From Armatimonadota bacterium (GTDB taxonomy: Bacteria > Armatimonadota > UBA5829 > DSUL01): a DNA stretch of 64,000 nt. Under the pieces are notes generated by a model, which made no database searches, had not been told where the DNA came from, and worked only from the letters and a program-made list of their open reading frames with translations. The position numbers and the translations under genes were made by a program. How positions within the stretch are numbered: the stretch's first letter is position 1; each line of letters starts with the position of its first letter. The DNA is taken from assembly GCA_039811685.1 (NCBI GenBank), contig JBDHZC010000001.1, forward strand, positions 640,001 to 704,000. Direction: 5' to 3'. Shown piece by piece: positions 9,531-18,966 of the stretch.

Positions 9531-11125
9531 GGCGCCTCCTCCGCAGGATACCTCCACGACCGGCGCAAACGGCGCGAATCTGGAAGATCCGCAGCATCGC
9601 CAAGCACTCCGGCGCTGGCCATCGCCGTCACGGGCTCAGCCTCCCTGGCCAGACGCGCCGCCGCAATACCAATGCCAAACTGCACCCAGATATAGATACG
9701 GAAAAAGTTCGCATGCGCCCAGTAGCCGATCAACAGACCCACCGCGCTCGCAATCAGCCCCGCAAGAACGGCCCGCGTGTAGATGTCTTCACTCTGACGT
9801 ATCCCTTTGAACAGAGCGGCAAAATAGGCGATCCATATCCAGGCAAAGAGCGCTCCGCCGACAAGCCCTCGCTCGCTGAGCACTTCAAGATAGAGGTTTT
9901 GAGGGTCCCAGCGAAGCGTGAGTTCGTACTCGTTAGCGCTGCGGTCGTCCTCCATGAAACGGAGCCGATGGAACGGATAGTTTCCCGGACCGACCCCGAG
10001 AATCGGATTATCCAGAAACATTTTAACGGCCGCTTCTCTGGCGCGTTCTCTAACCATCGCCGAGTGTTGACTCAGACGGGGATGAGTGATCTTGGAGACA
10101 ACCTGTTCAAGCTCATGGCCTACTGTAGGTACAAAAATCGCCGCGACAAGCCCCGTGCAGATTGCTATGATAGCCAGGCCACCCGCCAACCTGAGGGGAC
10201 TGGTATTGCGGATAAGGTTGTATCTGATCCCGAGAAAAAAAACGACACCGATAGCCGCAAGACCACTGGCAAAGCCACCGGTGGAAAACGTGAGGAAGAG
10301 GTTGACGACCAGGAGAAAGATCAGACCGTACTGCGCAAAACGACCTGGGCGGATCTTGTCCGCCATACTGAGAGCTATCGCCAGCGGAAGTACCAGCACC
10401 AACCACTCGGCATAGTAAGAAGGCTCAGAGAACGTGCCGATAGCGCGGAAATCCTGACCCTGCCAGGTCCAGTAGCGCTGCCCGCTCAGAGCATACAGAC
10501 CAACGATAACGCTGACAATGAGCAGCGCGCCGATGGCCCAGTGCAGGATGCGCCTGGTGCGGATGACGCGGTTGACCATAGTGTAAAGCAGGAAACTATA
10601 GACTGACCAGAACGTCTGAGTCCAGGTGCGCAACCAGGGGCTGTTCAACCCCTGCGCGTCTTCCAGCCGCAGGTTGTGAGGGATCTGATCCATCATAATC
10701 AGCGATGAAACTACGCCAATTACGATGTAGGCAAGGATTGGTTTTCTGAGCGCATCACCTGAAGATGTGAGACTTCGATCGAAAGCCAGACGGAGAAAGA
10801 AAACGGCTATAGCCAGCATGGCGATCCAGTCGCTGACCTTGAAGTTGACCCCCGCGACCGGAAAGACGTACAGATCCATAAGGGGCATCAGCAGGATGAC
10901 CAGCAGAGCTCCGTTCTCGGCGCGCGCGAAGAGTATGGCCAGCACCGCCAGGCCTATGACGGCCTCCATCATCAGCGTCATGTACTGACTGAACAGGAAA
11001 GACGCTGCCACCGCTCCGATCAGAAGGAGTACCGCGATATTCAGGAAGGTCTTCCTGATAGCGGAGGCGGCATTTTCCGGCAGCGGCCGTACACCTGTGG
11101 AAAACGCAGAGCGCATTACTGGCAT
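9527..11125 (-). CDS. O-antigen ligase-like / Wzy polymerase family membrane protein
   Basis: About 12 TM helices; RAIGTFSEPS, LTFSTGG, PILGVGPGNY, QNLYLEVLSERGLVG. Confidence 0.85.
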   Translation of the reverse strand: MPVMRSAFSTGVRPLPENAASAIRKTFLNIAVLLLIGAVAASFLFSQYMTLMMEAVIGLAVLAILFARAENGALLVILLMPLMDLYVFPVAGVNFKVSDWIAMLAIAVFFLRLAFDRSLTSSGDALRKPILAYIVIGVVSSLIMMDQIPHNLRLEDAQGLNSPWLRTWTQTFWSVYSFLLYTMVNRVIRTRRILHWAIGALLIVSVIVGLYALSGQRYWTWQGQDFRAIGTFSEPSYYAEWLVLVLPLAIALSMADKIRPGRFAQYGLIFLLVVNLFLTFSTGGFASGLAAIGVVFFLGIRYNLIRNTSPLRLAGGLAIIAICTGLVAAIFVPTVGHELEQVVSKITHPRLSQHSAMVRERAREAAVKMFLDNPILGVGPGNYPFHRLRFMEDDRSANEYELTLRWDPQNLYLEVLSERGLVGGALFAWIWIAYFAALFKGIRQSEDIYTRAVLAGLIASAVGLLIGYWAHANFFRIYIWVQFGIGIAAARLAREAEPVTAMASAGVLGDAADLPDSRRLRRSWRYPAEEAP

Positions 11126-12222
11126 GTCGTCGCCTCCCGATAGACATCTAACGTCTCACGCGCCGTGTTTTCCCAGGTGAAGCGCGCGGCGCGCTCAGGG
11201 CCTTTTTCGCGCAGTTGCTCACGCACAGAGGAGTCTGTTGCGACTTGTACGAGCGATTCCGACAGTTTTTGCCAATCTCCGGCAGGGAACAAAAGGCCGG
11301 CATCGCCCACAACTTCCGGCAGGGACGTAGCATCGGCTGCCACAACAGGACATCCGAGAAGCATCGCCTCCAGCACAGGCAGCCCAAAGCCCTCGTGAAA
11401 GCTCGGAAGACAGAAGACTGCTGCGCGCCGATAGAGCGCCGCCAGAACTCGGTCGTCCGCAGCTCCCAGAAACCGGATTTTGTCTCGCAGCGGACTCATT
11501 TCAGCCTTCGTCCGAATCTCATCGTAACCAGAGCCGGGAAGACCAACAAGAACCAGCGCCTGAAACTGGGCCTGCGCATGAGCCAGCTCGTACGCTTGAA
11601 TAAGCGAGAGCACTCCCTTTCGAGGAGTCAGCAGTCCGACAAACAGGACAAAGGGCTCTGGCACTTCCAGCGACTCCAGAATGTCCGGCGCATCGGACTC
11701 TGATGAGGCAAGGCGCAGCGACGGGTTCACACCCTGATAGACTACCCGAATCTTCTCAGAGGGTATCGACAGTGTTGCGCTGATATCGTGAGCGGTATAG
11801 TTGGAAATCGCTATAACCCTGCGAGCCCTTTTCGCGCTTACGCGAGTGAGAGTGTTGTACAGAAGGAGCGCTCTTCGCGAAGTGCCTTCCGGATGTTTCA
11901 TGAATATCAAATCGTGGAGCGTCACGACACCTGGCACGCGCGACAGAACCGGCAACGTAAAATCAGGAGAGTGATAGACGTCCAGCTCATCCCTCCGAAG
12001 TGTCCACGGAAGCGCTCCCTGTTCCCAGAGAACCCTGCCAAGCCGTTCGCTGCCTCTCTTCACCTCTACCGGCAGACGCTCCAGCGTAGTTTCCGCCCGG
12101 TTGGTGTACAGCTGATATTCGTTGTCCGGCGCGACTTTCAGCATGGCCTGCAAGAGCTGAAGAGCGTATCGTCCAATCCCGCCGGTCAAACCTATCGGGC
12201 GTCCAAAATAGCCTATTCGCAT
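11116..12222 (-). CDS. Glycosyltransferase family 4 (mannosyltransferase-like)
   Basis: GIGRYA, TLHDL, PRKG, EGFGLPVLEAM. Confidence 0.92.
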   Translation of the reverse strand: MRIGYFGRPIGLTGGIGRYALQLLQAMLKVAPDNEYQLYTNRAETTLERLPVEVKRGSERLGRVLWEQGALPWTLRRDELDVYHSPDFTLPVLSRVPGVVTLHDLIFMKHPEGTSRRALLLYNTLTRVSAKRARRVIAISNYTAHDISATLSIPSEKIRVVYQGVNPSLRLASSESDAPDILESLEVPEPFVLFVGLLTPRKGVLSLIQAYELAHAQAQFQALVLVGLPGSGYDEIRTKAEMSPLRDKIRFLGAADDRVLAALYRRAAVFCLPSFHEGFGLPVLEAMLLGCPVVAADATSLPEVVGDAGLLFPAGDWQKLSESLVQVATDSSVREQLREKGPERAARFTWENTARETLDVYREATTCQ

Positions 12223-13335
12223 CTAGTCCGCCCTACCCAGCACGTCTTTATAGACCTGATGCGTCTGCTGTGCAATATGCGCCCACGCATAATCTGCGCT
12301 GAGCAACTCAGCTCCATGGGAAATATCGGCTTTCAAGGCCGGACACTCCAGAAGTAACCTGATGTTGGCAGCCAGCGCTTTGGCGTCATCAACAGGCGAT
12401 AGCAGCATATTGACTTTGTGGACAAAACTGGCTGGAGTACGCTCTGAGCGCGTTGTCAGGACAGGAAGACCGTGCGCCAGAGCTGCCAGAAGAGACCCTC
12501 TGCGAGAGGTTGCGCCATCCTCAAATGGGAGGACGGCACCATCTACAGCCTGCATTATCGAGGATACCTCTGCATCCGAAAGATATCCGGTCGAAAATAT
12601 GCGCTCCGCAATCCCGAGCTGCAAAGCCATCTCCTCAAGGCTCTTCCCGTACGCGGGATCTGGATCAGGCGCAACAATCAGCAGCCGGGCGCTGGAGGAA
12701 GGCAACAAGGACAGCGCCTGAAACAGCGTCTCCAGCCCTTTTCCGGGGCGAACAAAGCCGAAGAACAGCAGGGTTAGCTTTGCGGACTCACCTGCTAATG
12801 AAGCGAGAATGTTGCGGCCACTGGTTGCGTCTGCGGTGACGTCAATGTTGCTTCCAATGGGAATAGTGGACAGGCGATCAGAGCTGAACCACCTCGCCAG
12901 CAGCCGCCAATCTTCCTCCTGCGTTACGATAGCCTTTCTGGAATAAAAAACGCTGAGAAGCTGCTTTGCCCTCCCCCCGGGCGGCGCCATGCAGTACTCG
13001 TGCAAAGTTGTGACGACGGGTAGCCCGTGCAGGTAGCGCGGCAACACGTTGACTCCCCATTTTCCGTGATAGCGCCAGGTTGGAAATTGAATGTGGACGA
13101 GGTCAGGGCGGCGCTGCTGGAGCTTTCGGGCAAGGTGTTTGACGGCCGAGACTGTCCAGTCTTCAGCCAAAGCGAAGGCAGGTACATCAGGATCTGCGCC
13201 GATATAGAGCCCTGCCGTGGTGATCACGCTCGCTTCTACGTTTCGCGTTCGCAGCTCCTTGACCAGCCGGCGGGTATAGTCAGAGACTCCGCAGTGGTCT
13301 GGAAGATACGTGCCACAGACCATGTCAACTCGCAC
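12223..13335 (-). CDS. Glycosyltransferase family 4
   Basis: CGVSDYT, TLHE, FGFVRPGKG, RRGSLLAALAHGLPV. Confidence 0.88.
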   Translation of the reverse strand: MRVDMVCGTYLPDHCGVSDYTRRLVKELRTRNVEASVITTAGLYIGADPDVPAFALAEDWTVSAVKHLARKLQQRRPDLVHIQFPTWRYHGKWGVNVLPRYLHGLPVVTTLHEYCMAPPGGRAKQLLSVFYSRKAIVTQEEDWRLLARWFSSDRLSTIPIGSNIDVTADATSGRNILASLAGESAKLTLLFFGFVRPGKGLETLFQALSLLPSSSARLLIVAPDPDPAYGKSLEEMALQLGIAERIFSTGYLSDAEVSSIMQAVDGAVLPFEDGATSRRGSLLAALAHGLPVLTTRSERTPASFVHKVNMLLSPVDDAKALAANIRLLLECPALKADISHGAELLSADYAWAHIAQQTHQVYKDVLGRAD

Positions 13336-13338
13336 GTC

Positions 13339-14427
13339 TCAGCCTGCCTCCAGCGACGTACTCACTGAGTTGTCCATTGCTAACATCTCCCGCAGTGCAG
13401 CAACAAGCGCTTCTGGAGTTGCCTCCGCATCTGTGAACACGCGCCTGCGCTCAGGCGCCGTCCACGGCCCCCACCCTGCCGGGTCGGACTGGACAAAAAC
13501 AGCGCACACCTTTGCACCGCAAGCGGCCGCCAGATGCATCGGACCGCTGTCGTTGCCGAGAAAAGCGCGGCACCGGACAAACAGAGCCGCCAATTCTGCC
13601 AGCGAAGTCCTCCCACAAAGGTCAATGCAGGGCGCCTGCATCCGGGCCTTCATCTGTTCCACTAGAGGCCGTTCTTCTGCGACACCTACAAGCACAATGC
13701 TCAGACCCTGTGCCGAGAGCGCATCACAGACACTGGCAAAACATTCCGCCGACCAGCGCTTGCGCTCCTGCTTTGTGCCGACGTGAACGACCAGCGCGCG
13801 TTCCGCTTCGAGTCCCGCGTCTTCGAGCACCTTTGAGAGACTCTGGTGAGCTTCCGCGGGAATCTGGAGGTCAAAGCGCGGCTCCCCTAGCTTGGCTCCA
13901 AGCGCTTCCGCCAGCTTCAGATTTACTGTGACCTCGTGCTCACCAGGTAGTTGATGCAAAACGCGCGTCAACAGGTGTGGCCTGGCCTCAACATGCGTGC
14001 CGCTTATGTGGACAATTCTGTCAAAGCCGATGCGCACTGGCACACCAGCCAGGAAAACCTTAAGCGCCATGCCGGTTTCCTCAGTGGAGAGCAGCACAGC
14101 GTCATAATGGGCGTCCCCAATCATTTCTATTTCTCGCCACTTTTCACGCCATCCCGTTGGCGCAGGCCATCTTGTGCGCAATATCCGGTCTACGGCGGGG
14201 CACATGCGGAAAATGGCCTCTCCTGCGGACGTGCCCGCCAGTACGTGAATCTCCGCTTCAGGAAAGGAGCGGCGCAACTGGGAAAGTGTCGGGAGGATGA
14301 CGATACAGTCTCCCACATTTTGGATACGCGTCACAAGAATTCGGCGAGGAGTGGCATTGTCAGGGCCGCGCCTGCGACCAAAGCCACAGACCCCCCGCCA
14401 TACCAGTTTGCTGACGGTCCGGAGCAC
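13339..14427 (-). CDS. Glycosyltransferase family 9 (heptosyltransferase-like)
   Basis: VGDCI, KRWSAECF, DLCGRTSL, GNDSGPMHLAAA. Confidence 0.9.
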   Translation of the reverse strand: MLRTVSKLVWRGVCGFGRRRGPDNATPRRILVTRIQNVGDCIVILPTLSQLRRSFPEAEIHVLAGTSAGEAIFRMCPAVDRILRTRWPAPTGWREKWREIEMIGDAHYDAVLLSTEETGMALKVFLAGVPVRIGFDRIVHISGTHVEARPHLLTRVLHQLPGEHEVTVNLKLAEALGAKLGEPRFDLQIPAEAHQSLSKVLEDAGLEAERALVVHVGTKQERKRWSAECFASVCDALSAQGLSIVLVGVAEERPLVEQMKARMQAPCIDLCGRTSLAELAALFVRCRAFLGNDSGPMHLAAACGAKVCAVFVQSDPAGWGPWTAPERRRVFTDAEATPEALVAALREMLAMDNSVSTSLEAG

Positions 14428-14428
14428 T

Positions 14429-15622
14429 TCAGACCTGCGCTTTCTGTGATGGGTCAGTTCGAATCAGCTCATCGTACAACTGGCAAATGCGGCGGGCCTC
14501 TTGCTTGTAGAAACGGCTGCGAACGGTCTCGACGGACGCGCGGGCAAGGCGCTTTCTCAGCTCATCGGACGCCAACAGGCGCAGACAGGCCGCAGCAATC
14601 TCATCGGAAGCTCCAGGAGCGACGAGCAGTCCATCCACACCGTCAGTGATGATCTCCTGCGGGCCGCCGGAGCGCGTTGCGACAACAGCAGTGCCACAAG
14701 CCATAGCCTCCGCCACAACCAGACCGAATGGCTCATTGAGACTGGCAAGGACGCAGATATCCATCGTCTTGTAGAGAGACGCGACACAGTCCACAAAGCC
14801 GGTAAAGAGAACCCGGTCCGCCAGACCTTGCCGCGCGATTTCCTCCTGAAGCAGCGCGGGATAGTCGTCATCATGCGTGAAAAGAGGGCTGCCAAGAATC
14901 AGAAACCTTGCGTCAGGCCGCTCGGCGGCAATCCGGCCGGCGGCTTTCACAAAATCAAGCTGGCCTTTGTCTGGCGAGATCCGGCTCGCGATTCCTATGA
15001 TGGGGCTTCCCCCCCAGCCCCGCTCACGGCGCAGTTCTAAATTGGGTTCTTCTGCCTGTAGCGAGTCCACATCCACGTCGTTGTAGGTCAGGTATGTTCG
15101 CACATCTGGAAGCAGCTTATGAATGCGTTCGCCAACGCACTCTGTGATGACAATCAGGGCATCGCACGCCCGGAAAGCACTGGCTCGAGAGCTGTCCAGG
15201 ACATCATAAAGATCCCGGCAGTGGTATACAACCGGAATCTGTAGACGAGCGGCCGGCGGAATTGCCAGCTCAGGCGCCCAGAAAGAGTTCACGTGGACCA
15301 GAGATGGCTGAAGGTCCTCCAGCCATTTTCTGATGGCTGACTGCGACCTCCTGAACGCCAGAGGGCGCCGCCTCCTGCGGGTCTCCATCGGGAGAAATGT
15401 GAAAGGAATTTCAAGCGCTTGCATCCGCTCAGACAATGGTCCCGAACAGGGAAGCGCGACGTGAGGCTGGAAGTGGCGCCGGTCCAACCCTGCGAGCAGA
15501 GTGAGCAGTGAAATCTCCGCACCGCCCAACTCAGACGTCGTAGAGATGTAGGCTATCTTCTTTGCCGATGGACACTGTGTGGCAGACGTACTGGAAGACT
15601 CTCGCAAAGGCTCTGCGCTCAT
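14429..15622 (-). CDS. Glycosyltransferase family 4
   Basis: GGAEISL, RISPDKGQ, EPFGLVVAEAMACG. Confidence 0.92.
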   Translation of the reverse strand: MSAEPLRESSSTSATQCPSAKKIAYISTTSELGGAEISLLTLLAGLDRRHFQPHVALPCSGPLSERMQALEIPFTFLPMETRRRRRPLAFRRSQSAIRKWLEDLQPSLVHVNSFWAPELAIPPAARLQIPVVYHCRDLYDVLDSSRASAFRACDALIVITECVGERIHKLLPDVRTYLTYNDVDVDSLQAEEPNLELRRERGWGGSPIIGIASRISPDKGQLDFVKAAGRIAAERPDARFLILGSPLFTHDDDYPALLQEEIARQGLADRVLFTGFVDCVASLYKTMDICVLASLNEPFGLVVAEAMACGTAVVATRSGGPQEIITDGVDGLLVAPGASDEIAAACLRLLASDELRKRLARASVETVRSRFYKQEARRICQLYDELIRTDPSQKAQV

Positions 15623-15630
15623 AGATTGCC

Positions 15631-16812
15631 CTACGCCACTGCCTGCTGCTGAAAAGTTGACAGATACGCATCAATACCCTGTTCGAAGCTGGCTCTGGAG
15701 AACTCCTGGGCCCGCTTCTCTGCGGCGTGACGATAGTTCTCGAGAAGATCCGGGTTGTGAATCAGAGAAAGAGTTCTCGACATAAGGGTGGCTGTATCCT
15801 GCCAGACGAATCCATCCAGGCCATCGCGAACGATTTCGGAGGGCCCGCCGCCATCAATCACCACAGGGACCGCACCGGAGGCCATCGCCTCGACAATACT
15901 CATCCCAAACTGCTCAAAGAGCTCCGGCGTAGCGTCAGCATTCTCAAGAGCTCCCGTCGCATGCCAGTAGATGGAGGCAGAGGCGTAAAGAGGCAAAAGC
16001 TGTTGGAAAGTTAAATCTGTGGTGATCTCTATCGGGTATCCGGCGCTCCTTTCCTGAATATCAGACAGATAGCGCTGATCATCCGCACTCGGATGAGTCC
16101 CACCGACCACTCGAAGCTTCCAGCCACTCAACCCACGGTCGCACAGTTGCTTGAAAGCGTCGATCATCACCGCGTGCTTCTTTGTTGGACCGTGAGCGTA
16201 AAAGCGCCCCACTGTAAGAATGGTGCGCTCTTTGTCTGCGCTGTCGCATTCGTCTATCTGCGCAGGGGGATAGTGCACGTGAGATTGGCTCTTCCAACGC
16301 AGATCGATCCACCTGCGGACAAATTGCGACGGACAGGCAATGTAGTCCCACGTTCCCAGGCGAGCCAGCTTTTCTCGATCGGCTGGGCGAAGCGGCGCTC
16401 CATGAGCGTCAAGCCGGATAGCTTCTTCCGCATTGTACGGGAACTGAACGAAAAGGAAGCCGGAACGTGCGGGACACGCCGGGGGAATCTCACCGGTAAT
16501 GAACACAAGCAGGTCCAGATTTCTCGCAAAGCTCAGAGCTGTACGCCCGTAGATCAGCCGGGCAGCGCGCGGAGCAAAACGGGCAACCTGCTGTAGGACG
16601 GGCTCAAAGGCTGGACGCGCGGCCCGTGCCCGACAGCCCTCAAGATTCAGTGCCAGAACAGACGACAACCTGGGGATATCCGGCAGTGGCTCTCCAAACA
16701 GCGTCACGTCCCACCCGTGAGCGAGCAATCGTTCGGCTATGACACCCAGCACCTTCTCGCCGCCGCCGCAGTAGTCCCACGACGTGCTGTACACGCCCGC
16801 CTTGAGGCTCAT
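15631..16812 (-). CDS. Glycosyltransferase family 4
   Basis: GGGEK, VGRF, EQFGMSIVEAMASG. ATG 16812 overlaps the flippase stop (ATGA). Confidence 0.9.
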   Translation of the reverse strand: MSLKAGVYSTSWDYCGGGEKVLGVIAERLLAHGWDVTLFGEPLPDIPRLSSVLALNLEGCRARAARPAFEPVLQQVARFAPRAARLIYGRTALSFARNLDLLVFITGEIPPACPARSGFLFVQFPYNAEEAIRLDAHGAPLRPADREKLARLGTWDYIACPSQFVRRWIDLRWKSQSHVHYPPAQIDECDSADKERTILTVGRFYAHGPTKKHAVMIDAFKQLCDRGLSGWKLRVVGGTHPSADDQRYLSDIQERSAGYPIEITTDLTFQQLLPLYASASIYWHATGALENADATPELFEQFGMSIVEAMASGAVPVVIDGGGPSEIVRDGLDGFVWQDTATLMSRTLSLIHNPDLLENYRHAAEKRAQEFSRASFEQGIDAYLSTFQQQAVA

Positions 16813-18386
16813 CCCGGCGCCAGCTTTCGAAGGCGCGCCGTGTACATCTGGCGTTCCTGCTGGTCCAGAGACACCCACGCAAAAGCAGCTACATAGACAG
16901 CTACGACAACAAAACCTTCCATCACGAGTACAGGCAGGTTTGTAGGAGGCAATGAACGGAGCAACGCCAGCGACAGCGCCAATGCAGGGATCAAAGGCAC
17001 AGCGCAGGCGAGGAATATCTTCCAGAGAAACCACGAGGTGGACATCCCGATGTGGCGGCAGCCCAGATACGGGAACACGAAGATGTGACTGACAAATAGC
17101 GGAATCGCTGTGCCCAGGGCAACGCCAATCAGGCCGTAAGGTTTCACGAGAGCAATGCTGAGCAGGAGATTGACGACGGAATCAACCAGTGTGACTATCG
17201 CCAGTGTCTTGTGGTTGGCGACACCAAGCAGCAGCCGCACGCTCACGGCCGGCACGATGCTCGCAAAAACGCTGATCGCCAGAATCCAGGTCAGAGTCTC
17301 TGTCAGAGGCGGCACACTGTCCAGCCAGATCGCAAGAATGGGGCGCGCAAACAGACAGACACACAGAGTCAGTGGAGCTGCAATGCCCACTGTCAGCTTG
17401 CCAGCCTGCAGATACACCCGCCAGATGCGCTCCCGATCCTCCATTCTGTCCAACTGGGAAAAGACCGGAATGAGCACGTCGATGGCCTGCTCAGCGATTT
17501 GTCTTATCAGAGTGGCCAGCTTGTTGGCGATCGCAAAGGGCGTGACCGACGCAGCAGATAGAAACGCCGCTATCACAAAACCATCAGTGTTGTACTTCAC
17601 AAAATGGGCGATTTTCAGGCCGGAAAACGTGAATCCGTAAGTGGACGTCGCGCGCACAAGCTTTCGATCAAACAGTGAAGCAGACAAACGCAAGCGCGGC
17701 AAAATTCTCTTCATGGCGACATAGCGGACGACAGCTATCGGAGCCATGACCACGAGGTAGGCCGCGCAGATCCCCGGTAGGCCAAAGCCAAAATGCACAA
17801 ACGCAATCACCAGTGCCGTGTTGGCAACTGTGCCGAATGCCCCCACGAAGTTGTTGATATCCATTCTCTGAAGACCTGTCAGCGCGCCGCCAATGACTCC
17901 GATTGGAAGCGCAACCCCCTGAACCAGCCCCATCAGAACAAGCGCAATGCGCGCTTCGGCAACGTGCTGGGGAGACATCTTCAAAACAGTACCCAGCAGA
18001 GGAGATACGACAGCGGCCAGAACCACCAAAAGCGCTCCGAGCCCGCAGAACATCAGCATCGTGGTGGACAACAAACGGCTGATGCGGTCTTCCTCACCCT
18101 GCGCGGCATACTCAGCGACGTACTTCTGCACACTCGCCCCGAATCCCAGGTCCACCATGCCCAAATACATGAGAATGGAGCCAATCAGCGACCATACGCC
18201 AAAGCGCTCATCGCCCAGACTCTGGAGCAGGTAGCGAACCAGATACAGCCCGAGGACGAAGTTAAGGGCAAATGCCAGGTAGTTGGACACAACGTTCAGG
18301 CCCAGCCGTCCCTTCATGGCCTGTTCCTGAGCCTGTGCCAGCTCTGCGTTCTGGAACTCCTGGGGCGCTATTTCTGAGGCGCTCAA
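16809..18386 (-). CDS. wzx: Oligosaccharide flippase (Wzx, MOP superfamily)
   Basis: About 14 TM helices; LGDERFGVW, DLGFG, YGLIGVALGT. Confidence 0.88.
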   Translation of the reverse strand: MSASEIAPQEFQNAELAQAQEQAMKGRLGLNVVSNYLAFALNFVLGLYLVRYLLQSLGDERFGVWSLIGSILMYLGMVDLGFGASVQKYVAEYAAQGEEDRISRLLSTTMLMFCGLGALLVVLAAVVSPLLGTVLKMSPQHVAEARIALVLMGLVQGVALPIGVIGGALTGLQRMDINNFVGAFGTVANTALVIAFVHFGFGLPGICAAYLVVMAPIAVVRYVAMKRILPRLRLSASLFDRKLVRATSTYGFTFSGLKIAHFVKYNTDGFVIAAFLSAASVTPFAIANKLATLIRQIAEQAIDVLIPVFSQLDRMEDRERIWRVYLQAGKLTVGIAAPLTLCVCLFARPILAIWLDSVPPLTETLTWILAISVFASIVPAVSVRLLLGVANHKTLAIVTLVDSVVNLLLSIALVKPYGLIGVALGTAIPLFVSHIFVFPYLGCRHIGMSTSWFLWKIFLACAVPLIPALALSLALLRSLPPTNLPVLVMEGFVVVAVYVAAFAWVSLDQQERQMYTARLRKLAPG

Positions 18387-18958
18387 TTCGAGCCTCCCAC
18401 TCGAGGCTTCTGCCCGGACAGCGACACCGCGGAGGGAGCCGGCCTGGACACTGCAGCAAGAAGCCTTCCCGGGAGTGTTTGCCGCTGCGGATAGTGAACG
18501 GTTGCGCGGATATCGGACAGGCCAGCCTCTTTCAGACGCTGTTGAACGTCGCCGCGCGCACCCGGCCGGACGCCATGCACTATGAGAACGCCGGAGGGCA
18601 ACAATCTGGACGACAACTCCGCCAGAGCTGGTAAGACAGCCGCTGCGTCGTCACCGCCCAGCGCAATCACATTGAACACGTCCAGCGATTGCGCCAGAAG
18701 CTCTTGCGGAGTCTTGAGGAAAATCTGAAAGCTCGATCTCAGGCCCGCGTCATCCACCGTCTGGAGGAAACGCGCCGCCGCTGGTTCATCGGACTCCAGA
18801 TCAACCACCATCAGACCCGCCTGCGCCATCCTTAGAGGCAACTCAGATTTACCCGGGCTCCAGCACAGCGCAAGGCGGCCACCTGATCGCGCCACCGCGT
18901 CTGCAATAAGACGCTGCGTCTGCGCATCTCCACTGCCCGTGACCTGACCCTCCTCCAT
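18383..18958 (-). CDS. Hypothetical protein, degenerate class I SAM-methyltransferase-like fold
   Basis: Operonic and overlaps the wzx start. VVDLE, FNVI and RLLPSGVLIV resemble MTase motifs, but there is no GxGxG. Confidence 0.6.
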   Translation of the reverse strand: MEEGQVTGSGDAQTQRLIADAVARSGGRLALCWSPGKSELPLRMAQAGLMVVDLESDEPAAARFLQTVDDAGLRSSFQIFLKTPQELLAQSLDVFNVIALGGDDAAAVLPALAELSSRLLPSGVLIVHGVRPGARGDVQQRLKEAGLSDIRATVHYPQRQTLPGRLLAAVSRPAPSAVSLSGQKPRVGGSN

Positions 18959-18966
18959 CCTCCGCG

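Noticed and set aside
8523..10606. Long plus-strand ORFs (390 aa and 297 aa)
   Set aside because: Fully antisense to well-supported GT2 and Wzy genes; typical of GC-rich DNA.
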